From NCBI RefSeq assembly GCF_009914755.1, contig NC_060939.1: a stretch of DNA of 64,000 nucleotides. One strand, written 5' to 3'. Source of the DNA: the human T2T-CHM13v2.0 reference genome, Homo sapiens. The notes under the pieces were generated by a model. The model did no database searches, had not been told where the DNA came from, and saw nothing but the letters and a program-made list of their open reading frames with translations. The position numbers and the translations under genes were made by a program. This document shows positions 1 to 21,639 of the stretch, in pieces; position 1 is the stretch's first letter, and every line of letters begins with the position of its first letter.

Positions 1-203
1 TAAGCTCGAGCATTTATTATGTATGTAAACACCAGATAGACTCTGTTGTGTAATGATGCCAAGAAAGGTGAGTCTTGGCCCCATTTTACTGATGAAGAAA
101 GAAATTGAAGTCCAGAAATGGTAAATAGCTTCCCCAAGGTCAAGCAGCTCAAAAACTTGGAGAATCTGACCCATAGGCCTGTGACTTTAACCACTATGCT
201 GTA
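1..203 (-). mobile_element. MIR SINE fragment
   Basis: ccattttactgatgaagaaa...ccaaggtca...ttaaccactatgctgt is the reverse MIR core. Confidence 0.7.
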
Positions 204-946
204 ATAGAAGGTGTTAAATAATCACCAAATTAGCAGACTATAACTAGATATTGTAACTTTTAAGTCAGTTACAGTAATCAGTTAGGCTTCCTGGAAGAGC
301 TTGAAAATGATATAAGCTTGAAGGATAAATAAACTTGGTAAAGGTAGATGTTGTCAAAGTAAATAAATAAATAAATACAACTGAAAAGAAACTAAAAATA
401 AAAGGACAACAAGGAAGGGAAACTCAGAAGGGAATAGTTGAAATTTTGCAGAAGGCCTTCAAGAGAAAAAATTTGAGTTAGAATTAAATGCTGGCCAAGG
501 CAGTGCAAATTAATTTGTAAACGATGGATGTCCCAGTTGGAAGGCTTCCAGAGAGACACAGCAGTATGGGCAGGAAGTAGCCTCCCTGTGATGAGTAAGT
601 CACCACCTTCCTGTGAAGGGTAATAGCCTCACCTCTCAGTGGGGCTCAGATGACAAAATGCAAGAAGGTGACAAAGCTAATATGATCATTGCATGATGAA
701 TTAGAACATATAATAACATGGAGATTTTTCACCCCCAAAGATAACATCTTTTCACTTAATAGAATCAATGAAGAAAGAAGCATATCTTTTCACCATTGCA
801 AATCACCCAGAGCAGCTTCGCCTCTGCAGTGTTGAGATGAGGTGATTTTGAGATAATTACAAGTTAGTCTTCTGATCAAGCAGAAAGTCCCTGTTAGCAA
901 CAACAGTTCATAAAAATAGAATAAAATATAACCATTAAATAGTAAA

Positions 947-1345
947 TGTCTTAGTCTGTTTGTGTAGCGATAACAAAATACCTAAGATTAGGCAATTTTC
1001 AAACAATAGAAATTTGTTTCTCACAGTTCTAGAGGCTACAAGTACAAAATCAAGGTGCTAGCAGGTTCAGTGTCTGGTTATAACTGGGTCTCTGCCTCCA
1101 AGATGGTGTTTTGAATGCTGTGTTCTCTGGAAGGGATGGTTGTTGTGTTTTCACATGGCAGAAGAGATGGAAAGACAAAAAACGGCCTAGCTGTTACAGT
1201 TATCTTCAGCCCTTTTATCAGGCGCTTTTCCCATCCATGAAGTTGGCACCATCGTGGCCTTAAGGCCCTGCCTTTTAATACTGTTGCTTTGCGGATTAAG
1301 TTTCAACATGAATTGTGGAGGGACACAAACATTCAAACCATAACA
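947..1345 (-). mobile_element. MaLR solo LTR (MLT1A/MST-like)
   Basis: tgtcttagtc...tctcacagttctagaggct...gggacacaaacattcaaaccataaca termini. Confidence 0.85.
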
Positions 1346-2829
1346 CCAAACATTCCAAGAATTTAACAATAGGGCTATGTAAGTTAAAGTCCAGGCTTTG
1401 AAGGGCCCAGATTCAAGATTCTGAGGCAGGAAAATCTTGTCATATTAACATCGGCAAAAAGGGCACATGGAGTTTGAAAATATAAGCAAAGTATCGAGAG
1501 TAGAAATCAAAAACGATTCTAACATTGCCTACTTTCAAATAGCCAGGCCTGGGATAAGGGGAAGCAGGTATTGAGGGTGTGAGTTCCTGCCAGTGAGTGT
1601 GCATAGATGGGAACCCTGAAGCCTACAGGGTCTGTATAAATATGGAAGGCAATTTATTATGACCTCTAAATGGAGTGCTGGCATGCAATGTCAAGTGCAT
1701 GAGACCCTCCAAGTGGGAATCCTTTGGGAAAGCAAGTGCTAGGAGCTAAGAAGTTCAACCTGACAATGAACTCCTTAAAAAAATGAGATGATATCTTCTT
1801 TATATTAAAATCCTTAGAAGCAAGCACAATTCTCAGTACATATTAAGAGTTCAATAAACATTTGATAAATAAACAGAGGCATGATGTCCCTTCTATGATG
1901 CTGTGAGCTGTAGTAGACACAGAAGCAACCTTGCACAGGGATAAAATAGGATCACTTAGGAGATGTTATCTGAGAAGCACAGGAGTCTCCTTCTTTCGCT
2001 GACCTCCAGAAGCCCTCATGGCAGGCTCAGATGTGATCACGAGAGGGTAATTTCTCAGCATTAAGTATCACCCCTCTCCCTGCCAAATGGCCCTGGAAAC
2101 GGCAAGTTCATGAAGTGCTAATATCTAACTGATGTCATTCTCTGAAACATGAGTGGCATTGATAGCCTGATTTGGAGATGTCAAAAACAAGTAAAGAAAA
2201 AAAAAGAAAGAAAGAAAAGAAAAAGAAATGTGCAAAAAAAGAAGCTGCTCCCTTAGCAATTTGCCTTGAACTCCAAATGGAAAAGACCCCTCATCCTTTG
2301 AAACACATAGGCACTGCCATACTTCAAAGCATTAGGCAATGTTTGGATTCTCTGCCTCTATGTCCCTCCTTTCTTTCTCTCTACTTCCTTTCAACTATTC
2401 AGTAACCTCAGTTCCAGGAAAGCCCATGTGTACAGGCAGTCTCCTCTGAGTAAAAACAGACCCACTGTGGTACATCAGCCTCCTGGCACCAGGTCATTCT
2501 ATGCCCTTTCATTCAAGCTACCTACCATGTACTTACCCTACCAAATATCAAAGTATATTAAATAGCTACAATAGCTACAATTCTATGGATCTTGATAAAT
2601 ACAGACAGAAAAAAGGTCAATAGATGGCTTAGAAATAAACATTAGCATTTATTTTAAAAGATATATATATAGTAAATGTGATATATATAGTAAATGTGAT
2701 AAATGTGTTTTCTTATATAAGAAAACACCTTGAAACAAAATTTTATGATAGACATCTAATTTATTTGGCAGCTGTGCCTTAATTTTCCTTAGGGCAAACA
2801 GTGTTCCCTCTTGGCTTAATTGTAGCTGC

Positions 2830-3248
2830 CTCCATTCCTCCAGTGGTGGACATTTGAGATCATTGTGACCAATCCCACATTCTACATCCCTATGCAGAAT
2901 GACCATTTCAGAAATAGGCACATGGGCCATGCCTGAGACTCAGTTCAAGACGTTGTATTAAAACCACTGGGAAAGAGAATCCTCTTTACCCAGGGATGGC
3001 TGAGAAGGCTGAATTTCTGCCTGATCATTTTGCTTCCAGATAGAAAAAAATGTTGGCTTGAATGAGGTCAATCCAGAGGAAATCCGAGTTGTGACAACGG
3101 ACAGATTCTGAGCCTGAATGATGCTATTAAGTCCTTCAACTCAGCTCTCTGTAAAGGCGGTTCTCCAGAGCCTTCAGTGACGTTATCCAATAAATTCTGA
3201 TTTTTGTTAAGCTAGTTTGAAGTGGCTTTCTGTCTCTTGCAACTAAAC
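2830..3248 (+). mobile_element. Old MLT1 LTR (MLT1J/K-like)
   Basis: ccaataaattc...gttaagctagtttga...ttctgtctcttgcaac 3' end. Confidence 0.6.
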
Positions 3249-3657
3249 AATATTAAAATTCAAAATAAGAAAAAAAGTAAACATTGCATAACAATGGTAA
3301 TTTTCTGAATATATAAATTACTCATATAAATTGATAAGAATTTTGCCTCAAAAAGAAAATGAGCAATTTAATAAATGGATAAAATAGCTAGTTAAGAAAA
3401 TTTAAAAATACACCATGTTAATCATCAAAGAAATTCAATTAAAGTGTATTTTACCTAAACCATTTTTTACCTATGAAGTTTACCCAAAAAGTTGTAATAA
3501 TCATCCAAAATGGAAGTGAAGTTGAGGAAAAACAAGCAACTCTCAAAAACTGTTTATAGGAATATAAATCTGTGCAAATATTTTTACAAAACTAAATTGG
3601 CCAATATATAGAGACACTTCAACATGCTAACACTTTGTTACTATCATCCTACATTTA

Positions 3658-4001
<344 letters not shown>

Positions 4002-4759
4002 CTAAGAAATTATCTGAATCAGAGAGAAAATATTACATATAAGAAATTTCAAAAATCATGTAATTAAAATGACATTGACAAAAAGTTTTTTAATGCATAG
4101 TAAAATATTTTCATTATATCTCTAAATTATAAAGGCAATTTAAAAAACTTGTGTTTATAATATAACTGTAACTGAAAAATTTGATAAACATGGAGAAAAA
4201 TGAAAGAAGAGACACCAAGTGTTCACTGTGGCTATCACTGTGTTGTTGTGTAGCATTTCTTTTCTTCTTACTACTTTCCTGAATTTTCCAAATTGCCTAT
4301 AATAAGCATGATGTTGATAATCAACACGAATGTTTAAAATTCTTTCTAAAAAGTTACTTTCCCCTTTGTCCCATTTTCTCAGAAGTATATAGACTCTTTG
4401 AGGGTGCAGAATGTCACAGACTCAAAGGGTACACTAATTGGAAGGGATTTCGGAGGTGATGTGGATCAACATTTTCCCTAACACAGCTATCACATTCACA
4501 GCTTCTGTGACAGGTAGTCATTCATTTCCTATTTGCAGACCTGCAGTGAGAGTGGGAGCGGCAAGGCTCAGAGCCCTTTCATATTCAAGAATGCTTCTGG
4601 CTCTAGGTGATGAAAAGTTCCTCCTGATATTCACTCAGCATCTTATGCTGAATTTTCTTATGCTGACTCTTCTCTGGGTAACTTTAAGTCATTGATCCTA
4701 GTTCTTCTCTCTGGAGCAATAGAGATCATGTTGTAGGAAGATCTCGGCTTATCATCAGA

Positions 4760-4935
4760 TCACAATTTGAATCTCCGCTGCACCACTGTATGTATGATGC
4801 TCTTGGACAGCAACTCTGAACCTCTGCTTCCTCACTTGTAAAATGGAGACAATGATACCCATCTGTTAGAGAAGTAAAAGAGAGTCCATGTATAATGTGC
4901 CTCTTGTAGTACACAGCAGAAGTTTATTGACTGTT
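4760..4935 (+). mobile_element. MIR SINE fragment
   Basis: cttcctcacttgtaaaatggagacaatgatacc core. Confidence 0.65.
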
Positions 4936-7900
4936 AATTATCTGTCCTTCTATCCTGAGGGCTAGGCATGTTGCCCAAAATACATAAATCCAACATTTTT
5001 GTTGAATGAATGAATAGTTTTTTAAACAGCTGTGAATCCAAATAAGCAAACATTAATCTACCCGTGTTTCCCCATCCTATCTTTGAGAATGCTATGAAAG
5101 AATGTGAGGTGCTCTATGAAATTTAGGATACACTATATTTCAATGTTACCTTGCGTTACCAGACAAGGAAGAGATATGACTAGTTCAGCTACTGTTCTTC
5201 TTGAACTCATGTGTTGCTCTCAGTAATCATACTCCCCTCATAACCACTCATGGTTTTATTTACTTACCAGTCTAGTCAAGAATTATGCTTAGAATAGACA
5301 TCAAGATCACTAGGATAGAGTTTTCAAAATCCTTTTCCTTTCCTTTTATTTTTCTTAATTTGATATTTTGGCAGGTTCTGTGTGAATTTCAATAAACTTT
5401 CAAGAAAAAAAGTGAAGCAACTAAAAAATAAGCTCTTCACGATAAGCAAAATGTAATCAAATTTTTGTGGATTTTTTCGCACTCAGGATATAATATATTA
5501 GGGCCTGAAGATAGTAACTTACTTAAAGCACACTGGTGCTCTCTGTTTCACCCTAGTACTTGTGATTTTAGTCCATCTTTAGGTTTTCAGTTCTACTCTT
5601 TGCAGGAGAGAGATAAGGCACTCAGAGCCAACAGCAGCAAACTGTGACTTTTGTTTTGTGTTAACTGTTGATATTGCATCTGCCACACATGGACAGTGGC
5701 TCTCACCTCCACTCCTTTTAGGATTTCTGGTAAGCCATCTCTCCTCTGGGCCAGCAATTTTTCCCAAATGGTTTATATTGGTTTCTGCCCATTTATCTTT
5801 GCTTATGTGACTCTGATTTCATTCTTTTAGGATAGGAACAGCTACAGTGATTTCATTTAATCTTCTCCTCCCTTTGTTTTTCCTCTGGATTGAAGCTAGA
5901 TATAAAGTAGGAATTTTCCTGTTTTCCCAGAGCTGCATTTAAGATCAAAGTTGAAGACTAAAATATGCTAAGAACCCCCTCCATATTCTAATATATCAAA
6001 CATCCCTAAAGAGTTTACTAAGAGGTTTTGCTTTTAAAAAAAAGCCTTATTACCAACAACTGCCACCTCTTCATGGACAATATAAGAAGAGAACTTAGAG
6101 AGTAGTGAGGAGGATCACCTTTATAAAGAGAAACTATTTCATGAGGGAAAAGGATAGTAGGTGATCGTGCTACCTAAAATCAAAGGAAGAAAGCGTCAAG
6201 AGAATTCATTTTAATAATAAGAGGTGACTACATAAAGGCAAGACGGGCAATTCATTTTTCAGTTGGCAATCTGTTTGGCCAGCATACCTGGGCTACCTGA
6301 GCCAAAGGAAAGAGGATTAGAGAGCATGGTGAGGTTGAGAGAAGAGGCAGCAATGAAGCTCTCTGACCCCATCATTTAACATTGCCTGAATAGATGACTT
6401 TCCTGAGAGCCAGTAGACACTAATAAATGTTGTTGAATTCTGACTGTCTTCTCAGACTTTACCAAGGGAACCGACCATCAGAAAAAGGGTCTTGGTGTTG
6501 TGGTGTGCAACTTTTGGAGGGGTTAAGGGAGTGGCAAAGATATAGCAAATTTCTCATCTTGGGAACCATGTACTAGGAAAGGAGGAACTTTGAAGACCCT
6601 CAGAAGAACCCATTTATGCAAGGACCAGCAACTGCATGTCTGCCACAGAGAGGGAACTCATGATGACATTGAGCCAAACAAGCAAGAACAACTAACCAAG
6701 TAGAGAACTCAACCTCATTACAAGCAGTTAAGTAGGGAGGCATTAGCCATTGTCCCTCTTCTATAATGCCTGAACATGATTTTGAGAGTTAAAAAAAAAC
6801 AAAAACAAAAAACAAACCTCCTGGCCATAAGATGGAGGAAAGAGAAGTCAATTATTTACATAATAAAAGGGAAGAAAGAACGTTGAATTTAATTTAAAAA
6901 TTTTGAAATGACAACACTAGAGTATTCTAATAACTGAAAGTGACTGGAACCTTCTGCAATCTTCCAACATTTTATTATTTTATAGACTAGAGGCAGCACA
7001 ACTGCTAAGTGAATAGTCTGTGATTTCACCCACAAGGATCTGGGAAATAAGCACAAACAAAATAGTCAAGGGCTTAAAATTTAGCTGTGGGAAGTTTACT
7101 GCAGCTAAATAGAGAAAAAAACAGTTGATCTCAGGGGAAGCAAGTACATGGTAATGTAGGATGCAATAAAAAGCAGTGGCAAAGTAATTCACCACTACTG
7201 TTTGTCTCATCCAGTCACGCTGAGCAAAGGCAGCTGCAATGAGGGAATGGTCCTCTTTACTCCAGTATCTGGGAAATTCTGGGATTTTCAGCACAAAGAC
7301 GCATCAGTTGAAGGGCGAAGTGACAGCGGATTCAGGGAGATTCGCTGGCTAATGGACAGGGGAATAAATTCTCCCCAGAACATTCCCCATTCCAACCACT
7401 GGAAATGGAGTCGCCCTTCAGATAATCTGTATGCCTGTTTCTTTTTTCCATTTTCAATTTATAATAACAATAACGACCTAGACATAGGACATTTCCTGGG
7501 CTTTAATGACTGTCTGAGGTTAATGGCCCTCAACTACACCTCAGGCCATCAACCCCTCCCAGCTGGTCATTAATCTCCAGGAAATATCCTGTTTCAGGGT
7601 CATTATTGTTTCAATACCAACTATACCTTAAAAGCTTTATGGATTCTGCAAATACAGATCTCTCACCAATAGAGGTTATAGAACCTGTTTAGAATTCTGA
7701 AATTATCTTGAGTTTGATCTGTCAGAGACATTTTCTTTAAAACTAAAATTGGCCCAAGAAAGCACTCAACTTTGTTTTTGTTTATCTACTTACATTTTCT
7801 CAGGAAAGAGATCTGCTAGATATTACAAAAAACTCAAGCAAAATTCATGACAATTGGTGGGGAGAAGGCCTACTTTAAAGGGAAGCACCTTCTATCCTGA

Positions 7901-8596
7901 ACAATAGCATAACTCAGCCTTTGAAAACATATGTTATTTGTGAAAAGAGCTCTCTACAATGATGTATGTGCTTAAATGTCACCAGATTTTATTACATGCA
8001 TAGAATTTTCTAAATGTATCTAATTCTAAAGTCTCTTTTTTCACTTTTATGAAATCTATACATTAATATTATTAAAACAAGCATTTCACCCACTACAGAA
8101 TATCCCATAGGAGAAGAGGCTGAGACAAGAGTGAAATATAACTTTTGGACAGGGATGCTATTAGATTCCGATTCGGCAGCAAAGGGAATGATGGTTGTCC
8201 AGGAAAACATCGCAATGTAGAGATCTAGTATAGGCAAAGGAGGAGGACAGAGCAAAATCATGTTTGGAACCAAAGAAATCCAACAAATGGTAATAGTGGC
8301 ATTCCCCGGTAAACAGGAAGATCACAGAAACATAGTGACTTGGCAGGCAGGGCCTTAAAGAGATGTGGAAGCCCTGGATGGGCCCCAGCTTTGGGGAAGA
8401 ATTTAGAGTGAAAGATTTATGCAGGGAGGTTTTGACAAGAACAGTGTCTCAGTGCAGATTGGCCAGGACTACATTTGCAGGTCAGGGTTTCAGACCCTGA
8501 AACTGAAAATTAAGGTAGGACATTGGTCACAGGAATGAAGCACAAGCTCAGGTACCAGATCAAGAGCACAGAGTCAGTGAAAACAGGAAGGCAGGC

Positions 8597-8890
8597 TGTT
8601 TTCCTCTGCTCAAGCTGCTTTAACAGCATACCATAGACTAGGTGATCTGAACAAAAGAAATATGTTCCTCACAGTTCTGGGGGCTGGAAGTCCAAGGTCA
8701 AGATACCAGCCAATTCAGTTTCTGGTGAGGGCTCTCTTTCTGGTTTGCAGGCAGACAACCACCCTCTTCTCCCATGGGAGGGAGGGGAAGGAAGAGACAG
8801 AAAAAGAGAGGGAGAGGGAGAGGGAGGGAAAAGGAGGGAGAGGGAGGGAGAGAGAGAGAGAGAGAGGGAGAGAGATCTCCTGTATCTCTT
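8597..8890 (-). mobile_element. MLT1A/B LTR, left part (continues at 15752-15914)
   Basis: cctcacagttctgggggctggaagtccaag motif; contains a GA-rich tract at 8776-8875; outer TSD CAGGC/CAAGC. Confidence 0.85.
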
Positions 8891-15751
<6,861 letters not shown>

Positions 15752-15914
15752 TATCTCTTCTTATAAGACCATTAATTCCTGCATGGGGGCTCCACCTGCA
15801 GGACCTCGTCTAACCTAATCAGCTCCCAAAGGTCTCACCTCCAAATACCATCACACTGGGGGTTAGAGATTCAACATATGAATTTTAGGGGACACAAACA
15901 TTCAGTCCCTAGCA
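15752..15914 (-). mobile_element. MLT1A/B LTR, right part
   Basis: ccaaataccatcacactgggggttag...gggacacaaacattcagtccctagca. Confidence 0.85.
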
Positions 15915-17102
15915 CAAGCTGACTGGATTCTACCTTAATTAGACTCCCCATGATGAATGATAGAGCTTGGCACAGAGCTGAATCTGCAGCTGTATGAATG
16001 TGGGGCAGAAAATCAAACAGGTCACACAGAGTTATCTACTCCAATATTCTATTTCCAAAGGGAGAAAAAAACTTACATGAGATGCCACTGAATATTTTAA
16101 ACTACGTCATATAAGTGTTAAAACTGCAAGGTATCAGGATGCAAAGCAGGGAGTAGAAGTCAACAGCAACTTCCCAGAATTTTCAAAATAAACTCTTAAT
16201 CAGAGGGAAATGAATCTTTTAACTTATAGAATATGAAATGATGTATTATTGTTTTTCTACATGACTGCTATTATAACACTTTCTGTAAGCACTAAAGTTG
16301 ACACACTAATTGCTATTGGAATATTTTAATTATGAAATTAGAAAAGCGTAAAACAAAAGATGAATGTGAAAAACACTGAGACAAGGACTTGAGTGTAAAT
16401 AAGTCTATTTGAAAAACTGTTTAGAATTTAGAATAATCATTTTAAACAAGTTCAGGGAACTACCAGAAAATATTAATAGAAAATTAAATAAAATTTAGGT
16501 AATAATTTATGAAAAAAATAAAAGTTTGACAAAGAAATAGAAACAATAAAAACATTAATTCTAAAGATAAAGAACATGATAACTGAACTGAAAAATTCAA
16601 TTAAAAACTTCAATAGCAGACTTCATCAAGCAGAAGACTCAGTGAGCTTGAAGACAGGACATTTAAAGTTCTCCAGTTAGAGGAGTAATAAGAAAAACAA
16701 GGGAAAAGAATGATGAATTCAGGAATTATGGGACACCATCAAGCAAACTAACCTTTACATAATGGGAGTTACTAGAGGAGAAGAGAGAGAAGAGGGCTGA
16801 TAATGATATTTAAGGAAGTAATGGGTGACAATTTTCCAAATCTGGTGAAAGACAACATTCAGGTACAGAAAGCTCAGAGGTCATCAACCAAATTAAGGCC
16901 AAAAAAGAGTTAGCCAAGACACCTCATAACCATCATAACCAAATTATCAAAAATCAAATACAAAGAAAAAATATCAAAAGTAGCAAGAGATAAGAAATGC
17001 CATGATCAAGGCAACCTTAATATGGCTTTCAGCAGATTTCTCAGCAGACACCCTACAGGCCAGGAGAGAGTAGGAGTACGATATATTAAAAGTGCTGAAG
17101 GA

Positions 17103-18117
17103 GATAATTGACAAATGGGATCTAATTAAACTGAAGAGCATCTGCACTGCAAATGAAACTATCATCAGAGTAAGCAGGCAACCTACAGAAAGGAGAAAAT
17201 TTTGCAATCTATCCATCTGACAAAGGACTAATATGCAGAATCTACAAAGAACTTAAACAAATTTACAAGAAAAAAACAAACAACTGCATCAAAAATTGGG
17301 CAAAGGATATGAACAGACACTTCTCAAAAGAAGACATTTATGCAGCCAACAAACAAGAAAAAAAGCTCACCATCACTGGTTATTAGAGAAATGCAAATCA
17401 AAACCACAATGAGATACCATCTCACACCAGTTAGAATGGCGATCATTAAAAAGTTAGGAAACAACAGATGCTGGAGAGAATGTGGAGAAATATGAACGCT
17501 TTAACACTGTTGGTGGGAGTGTAAATTAGTTCCACCATTGTGGAAGACAGTGTGGTGATTCCTCAAGGATCTAGAACCAGAAATATCATTTGACCCAGCA
17601 ATCCCATTACTGGGTATATGCCCAAAGGATTACAAATCATTCTACTATAAAGACACATGCACACATTTGTTTATTGCAGCACTCTTCACAACAGCAAAAA
17701 CTTGGAACCAACCCAAATACCCATCAATGATAGACTGGATTAAGCAAATGTGACACATATACATCATGGAATATGATGCAGCCATAAAAAAGGATGAGTT
17801 CATGTCCTTTGCAGGGACATGGATGAAGCTAGAAACCATTATTCTCAGTAAACTAACACAGGAACAGAAAACCAAATACCACATGTTCTCACTCATAAGT
17901 GGGAGTTGAATAATGAGAACACATGGACACAGGGAGGGGAACATCACACACCAGGGCCTGTCAGGGGGTTGGGGTCTAAGGGAGGGATAAGATTAGGAGA
18001 AATACCTAACGTAGATGACAAGTAGATAGGTGCAGCAAACCATCATGGCACGTGTATACCTATGTAACAAACCTGCACATTCTGATAAATGTATCCCAGA
18101 ACTTAAAGTATTAAAAA
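17103..18117 (+). mobile_element. 5'-truncated L1PA (L1PA7-like) 3' end
   Basis: ORF2 C-terminus, 3' UTR and A tail; TSD AAAAGTG(C/T)TGAAGGA at 17088-17102 and 18118-18132. Confidence 0.92.
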
Positions 18118-19712
18118 AAAAGTGTTGAAGGAAAATAACATGCCAACACGAATTTTTTTACTCAGAAAAGCTGTCCTTCAGAAATGAGAGGGAAATTAAA
18201 ATTTCCCAGAAAACAACAACAAAAAAATTAAAAGAGTTCATCACAATTAGGCCTTTTTACAGGAATTACTAAACAGAGTTCTTTAGTTCTTTAAGCTGAA
18301 ATGAAAATCTGCTAATTAATAACAAAAAACATATAAAGTAAAATAAAACCTCTATGGTGTAAGGAATACATAGCCATACTCAGAATTCTCTTATTCCGTA
18401 AGAATGTGTGTAAACAATTTTATCCCTACTAGGTTTAAAAGAAAGAAGTATTAAAAACAACTGTAGCTACCACAAGTTGTAAAGGAGTGCAAATTACAAA
18501 AACAAATGTATATTTTGACATCAAAATCATAAAAGGTAGCAAAGGGTGAAAGTGTTAGAGTCTTTTATTGTGATTAAAGACAAGTAGTTGTCATCTTAAA
18601 CTAGCTTGCTTTAAGGATAAGGTATTTTAGGTAAGCCTCTCGGTAACCACAAAACAAAACCTACAGTAGTTACACAAAATAGAAAAGGAAAGGACTCAAA
18701 GCACATCGACATGGAAAATCATCACACCACACAGGAAGACAGCAAGAGAGGAAGAAAAAAAACCATCTACAACAGAACCAGAAAACAAATTACAAAATGG
18801 CAGTAGTATGTTCTTACTTATCAATAATTACCTTGAATGAAATTAGATTAAATTCTCTAATAAAAAGACCAAATGGCTAAATAGATTTTTTAAAAACTCC
18901 AACCATATGCTGTCTACAAAAGACCTACTTTACTAGTAAGAACACAGACTGAAAGTAAAGAGATGGAAAATGATATTCCACACAAATAGAAACCAAAAGA
19001 GAGTAAGGGGAGCTATACTTATATCAAAGTAGAGTTTAAGTAAGAAACCATAAAAAGAGGCAAAAAAGGTTATTACACATAATGAAGGTGTTAGTTCACC
19101 ATGAACACCCAACAATTGTAAATATATAGGCACCCAACATCATAGCACCTAAATATATAAAGCAATTATTGAATGATCTGAAGGGAAAGATCAATTTCAA
19201 TACTGTAATAGTAGGGGGCCTCAATATCCTAGTTTCAAAAATGGACAGATCATCTTGACAGAAAATCAGGAAAGAAGATTAGACTTGAGTTGCACTTTAG
19301 ATCAAACAGACCTAATAGACATACACAGAACATTCTATCCAACAGCAGCAAAACACCCAATTTTCTCAAGTGCACATGGAACATTCTCCAGGATAGGTCA
19401 TATGTTAGTCCACAAAACAAGACTGAACAAATATAAGATGATTTAAATCATACTAAATATCTTTTTAGATCACAATGGCATAAAACTAGAAATCCATAAC
19501 AGGAGAAATCTTGGAAGATACACAAATATGTGGAACTTAAACAACACGCTCCTAAACAAACAATAGGTCGCAGAACAAATAAAAAATGAAATCAATATTA
19601 CCTTGAGACAAACTAAACTGGAAACACAACATACCAAAACATTTGAGATGGAGCAAAAGCATTTCTAAGAGAGAAATTTATGGTGATAAACATCTATATC
19701 AAAAAAAGAAGG

Positions 19713-20045
<333 letters not shown>

Positions 20046-20907
20046 TCAAGGAACTAGCAAAAGGAAGAACAAACTAAGCCCAAAATTAGCATAAGGAAGG
20101 AAATAACCAAGATCAGAGAAGAAATAAATAAAATAGAGATCAGGAAAACAATAGAAAAAAATTAACAAAGCTAAGAGTTAGGATTTTTTTTCTGGAAAAG
20201 ATAAACACAATTGACAAACCTTTAGCTATACTAACTAGGAAGTTAAGATAGAAATTATAAATGAAAGAGGAGACATTACAGCTGATACCACCAAAACATA
20301 AATGATCATAAGAAACTACCATGAATAATTTTATACTAACAGATGTTATAACCTAGAAGAAACAGATAAATTCTTAGACACATACAAGCTACCACAACTG
20401 AGTCATGAGAAAATAGAAAATCTGAACAGACCACCACACACACAAAGAAAGACAATAAAAAATGCCCAGAGATGTGAACATGCATTTCTCAAAAGAAGAC
20501 TTAAAAATGGTCAATAAGTGCATGAGAAAATGCTCAGCATTACTCCTCATTAGGGAAATGCAAATAAGAATCACCCTACACCTGTTAGAATGGCTTTTAT
20601 CAAAAAGATAAGAGATACACACTGAAGAGGGTGCAGAGAAACAGAAACTTTTAAACATTATTAGTGAGAAATGTAAATTAGTACAGTTATTGTGGAAAAT
20701 AGTATCAAAGTTTCTCAAAAAACTAAAAATAGAACTACTATATTATCCATAACCCCATGTGTGGGTATATAGCCAAAGGAACTGAAATCAATATATTAAA
20801 GGGATATTTGTACTACTCCATGTTCATTGCAGCACTATTCAGAAAAGCCAAATTATGGAAACAACCTAAGTGTCTATCAACAGATGACTGGATAAAGAAA
20901 ATGTGAT

Positions 20908-20942
<35 letters not shown>
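20908..20942. repeat. (CA)n microsatellite
   Basis: Direct inspection. Confidence 0.95.
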
Positions 20943-20944
<2 letters not shown>

Positions 20945-21639
20945 GAGACATTATTCAGCCTTAAAAAAGAAGGAAACCTTGTCATTTTCAACAACATAGA
21001 TGAATCCATAGGACATTTTGCTAAGTGAAACTAGTCAGGACAGAAAGACAAATACCACATGATCTCCCTTATATGTGGAGTTTAATAAAGTTGAACTCAC
21101 AGAATTGGAGAGTAGAATGATGGTTACCAGAGGCTGGGGGTGGGAAAAGAGGGAATAGGAAGTTGTTGATTAAAGGGTACAAAGTTTCAGACAGACAGAA
21201 GAAATATATTTTGAGATTTATTGCACAGTAGGGTGACTATAGTCAATAGTAATATATATTTCAAAATAACTAAAAGACTCCATTTTAGATGTCTCACTAT
21301 AAAAAATGACAGGTAAGTGAGGTTATGGATAAGCTAATCAGTTTGAATTAATCATATCACATTGTATACATATATCAAAACATTACACTGTACCTCATAA
21401 ATGTATACAATTATGATTTATTGATCAAAAATAATTTAAAAAAAAATGTAATAAACAAAGTTGAGCCAAGATTAGAAGAGCAATCTCTTCAGAGGGCTGT
21501 GCTGTGACTCTATAGCTCCAAAGGGAAAGGTGCAAGGGCTACCCCTCCAAACCTAGAGAGACAAGAGGACCAAAAGGAAGGATGGGAGACCTGCTCTCCC
21601 TATGCAAGGTAAGTGAGGTAGGCTAAGTAAAGAGCTTCT

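Noticed and set aside
2663-2707. Short direct repeats (18-bp unit twice; similar small duplications near 12098 and 54163) as a CRISPR-like array
   Set aside because: Only two copies with no spacers; ordinary slippage duplications in eukaryotic DNA.
7202-7573. 123-aa ORF in unique sequence
   Set aside because: It starts at a non-ATG codon (TTG), has no recognisable domain or splice support, and its length is compatible with chance.
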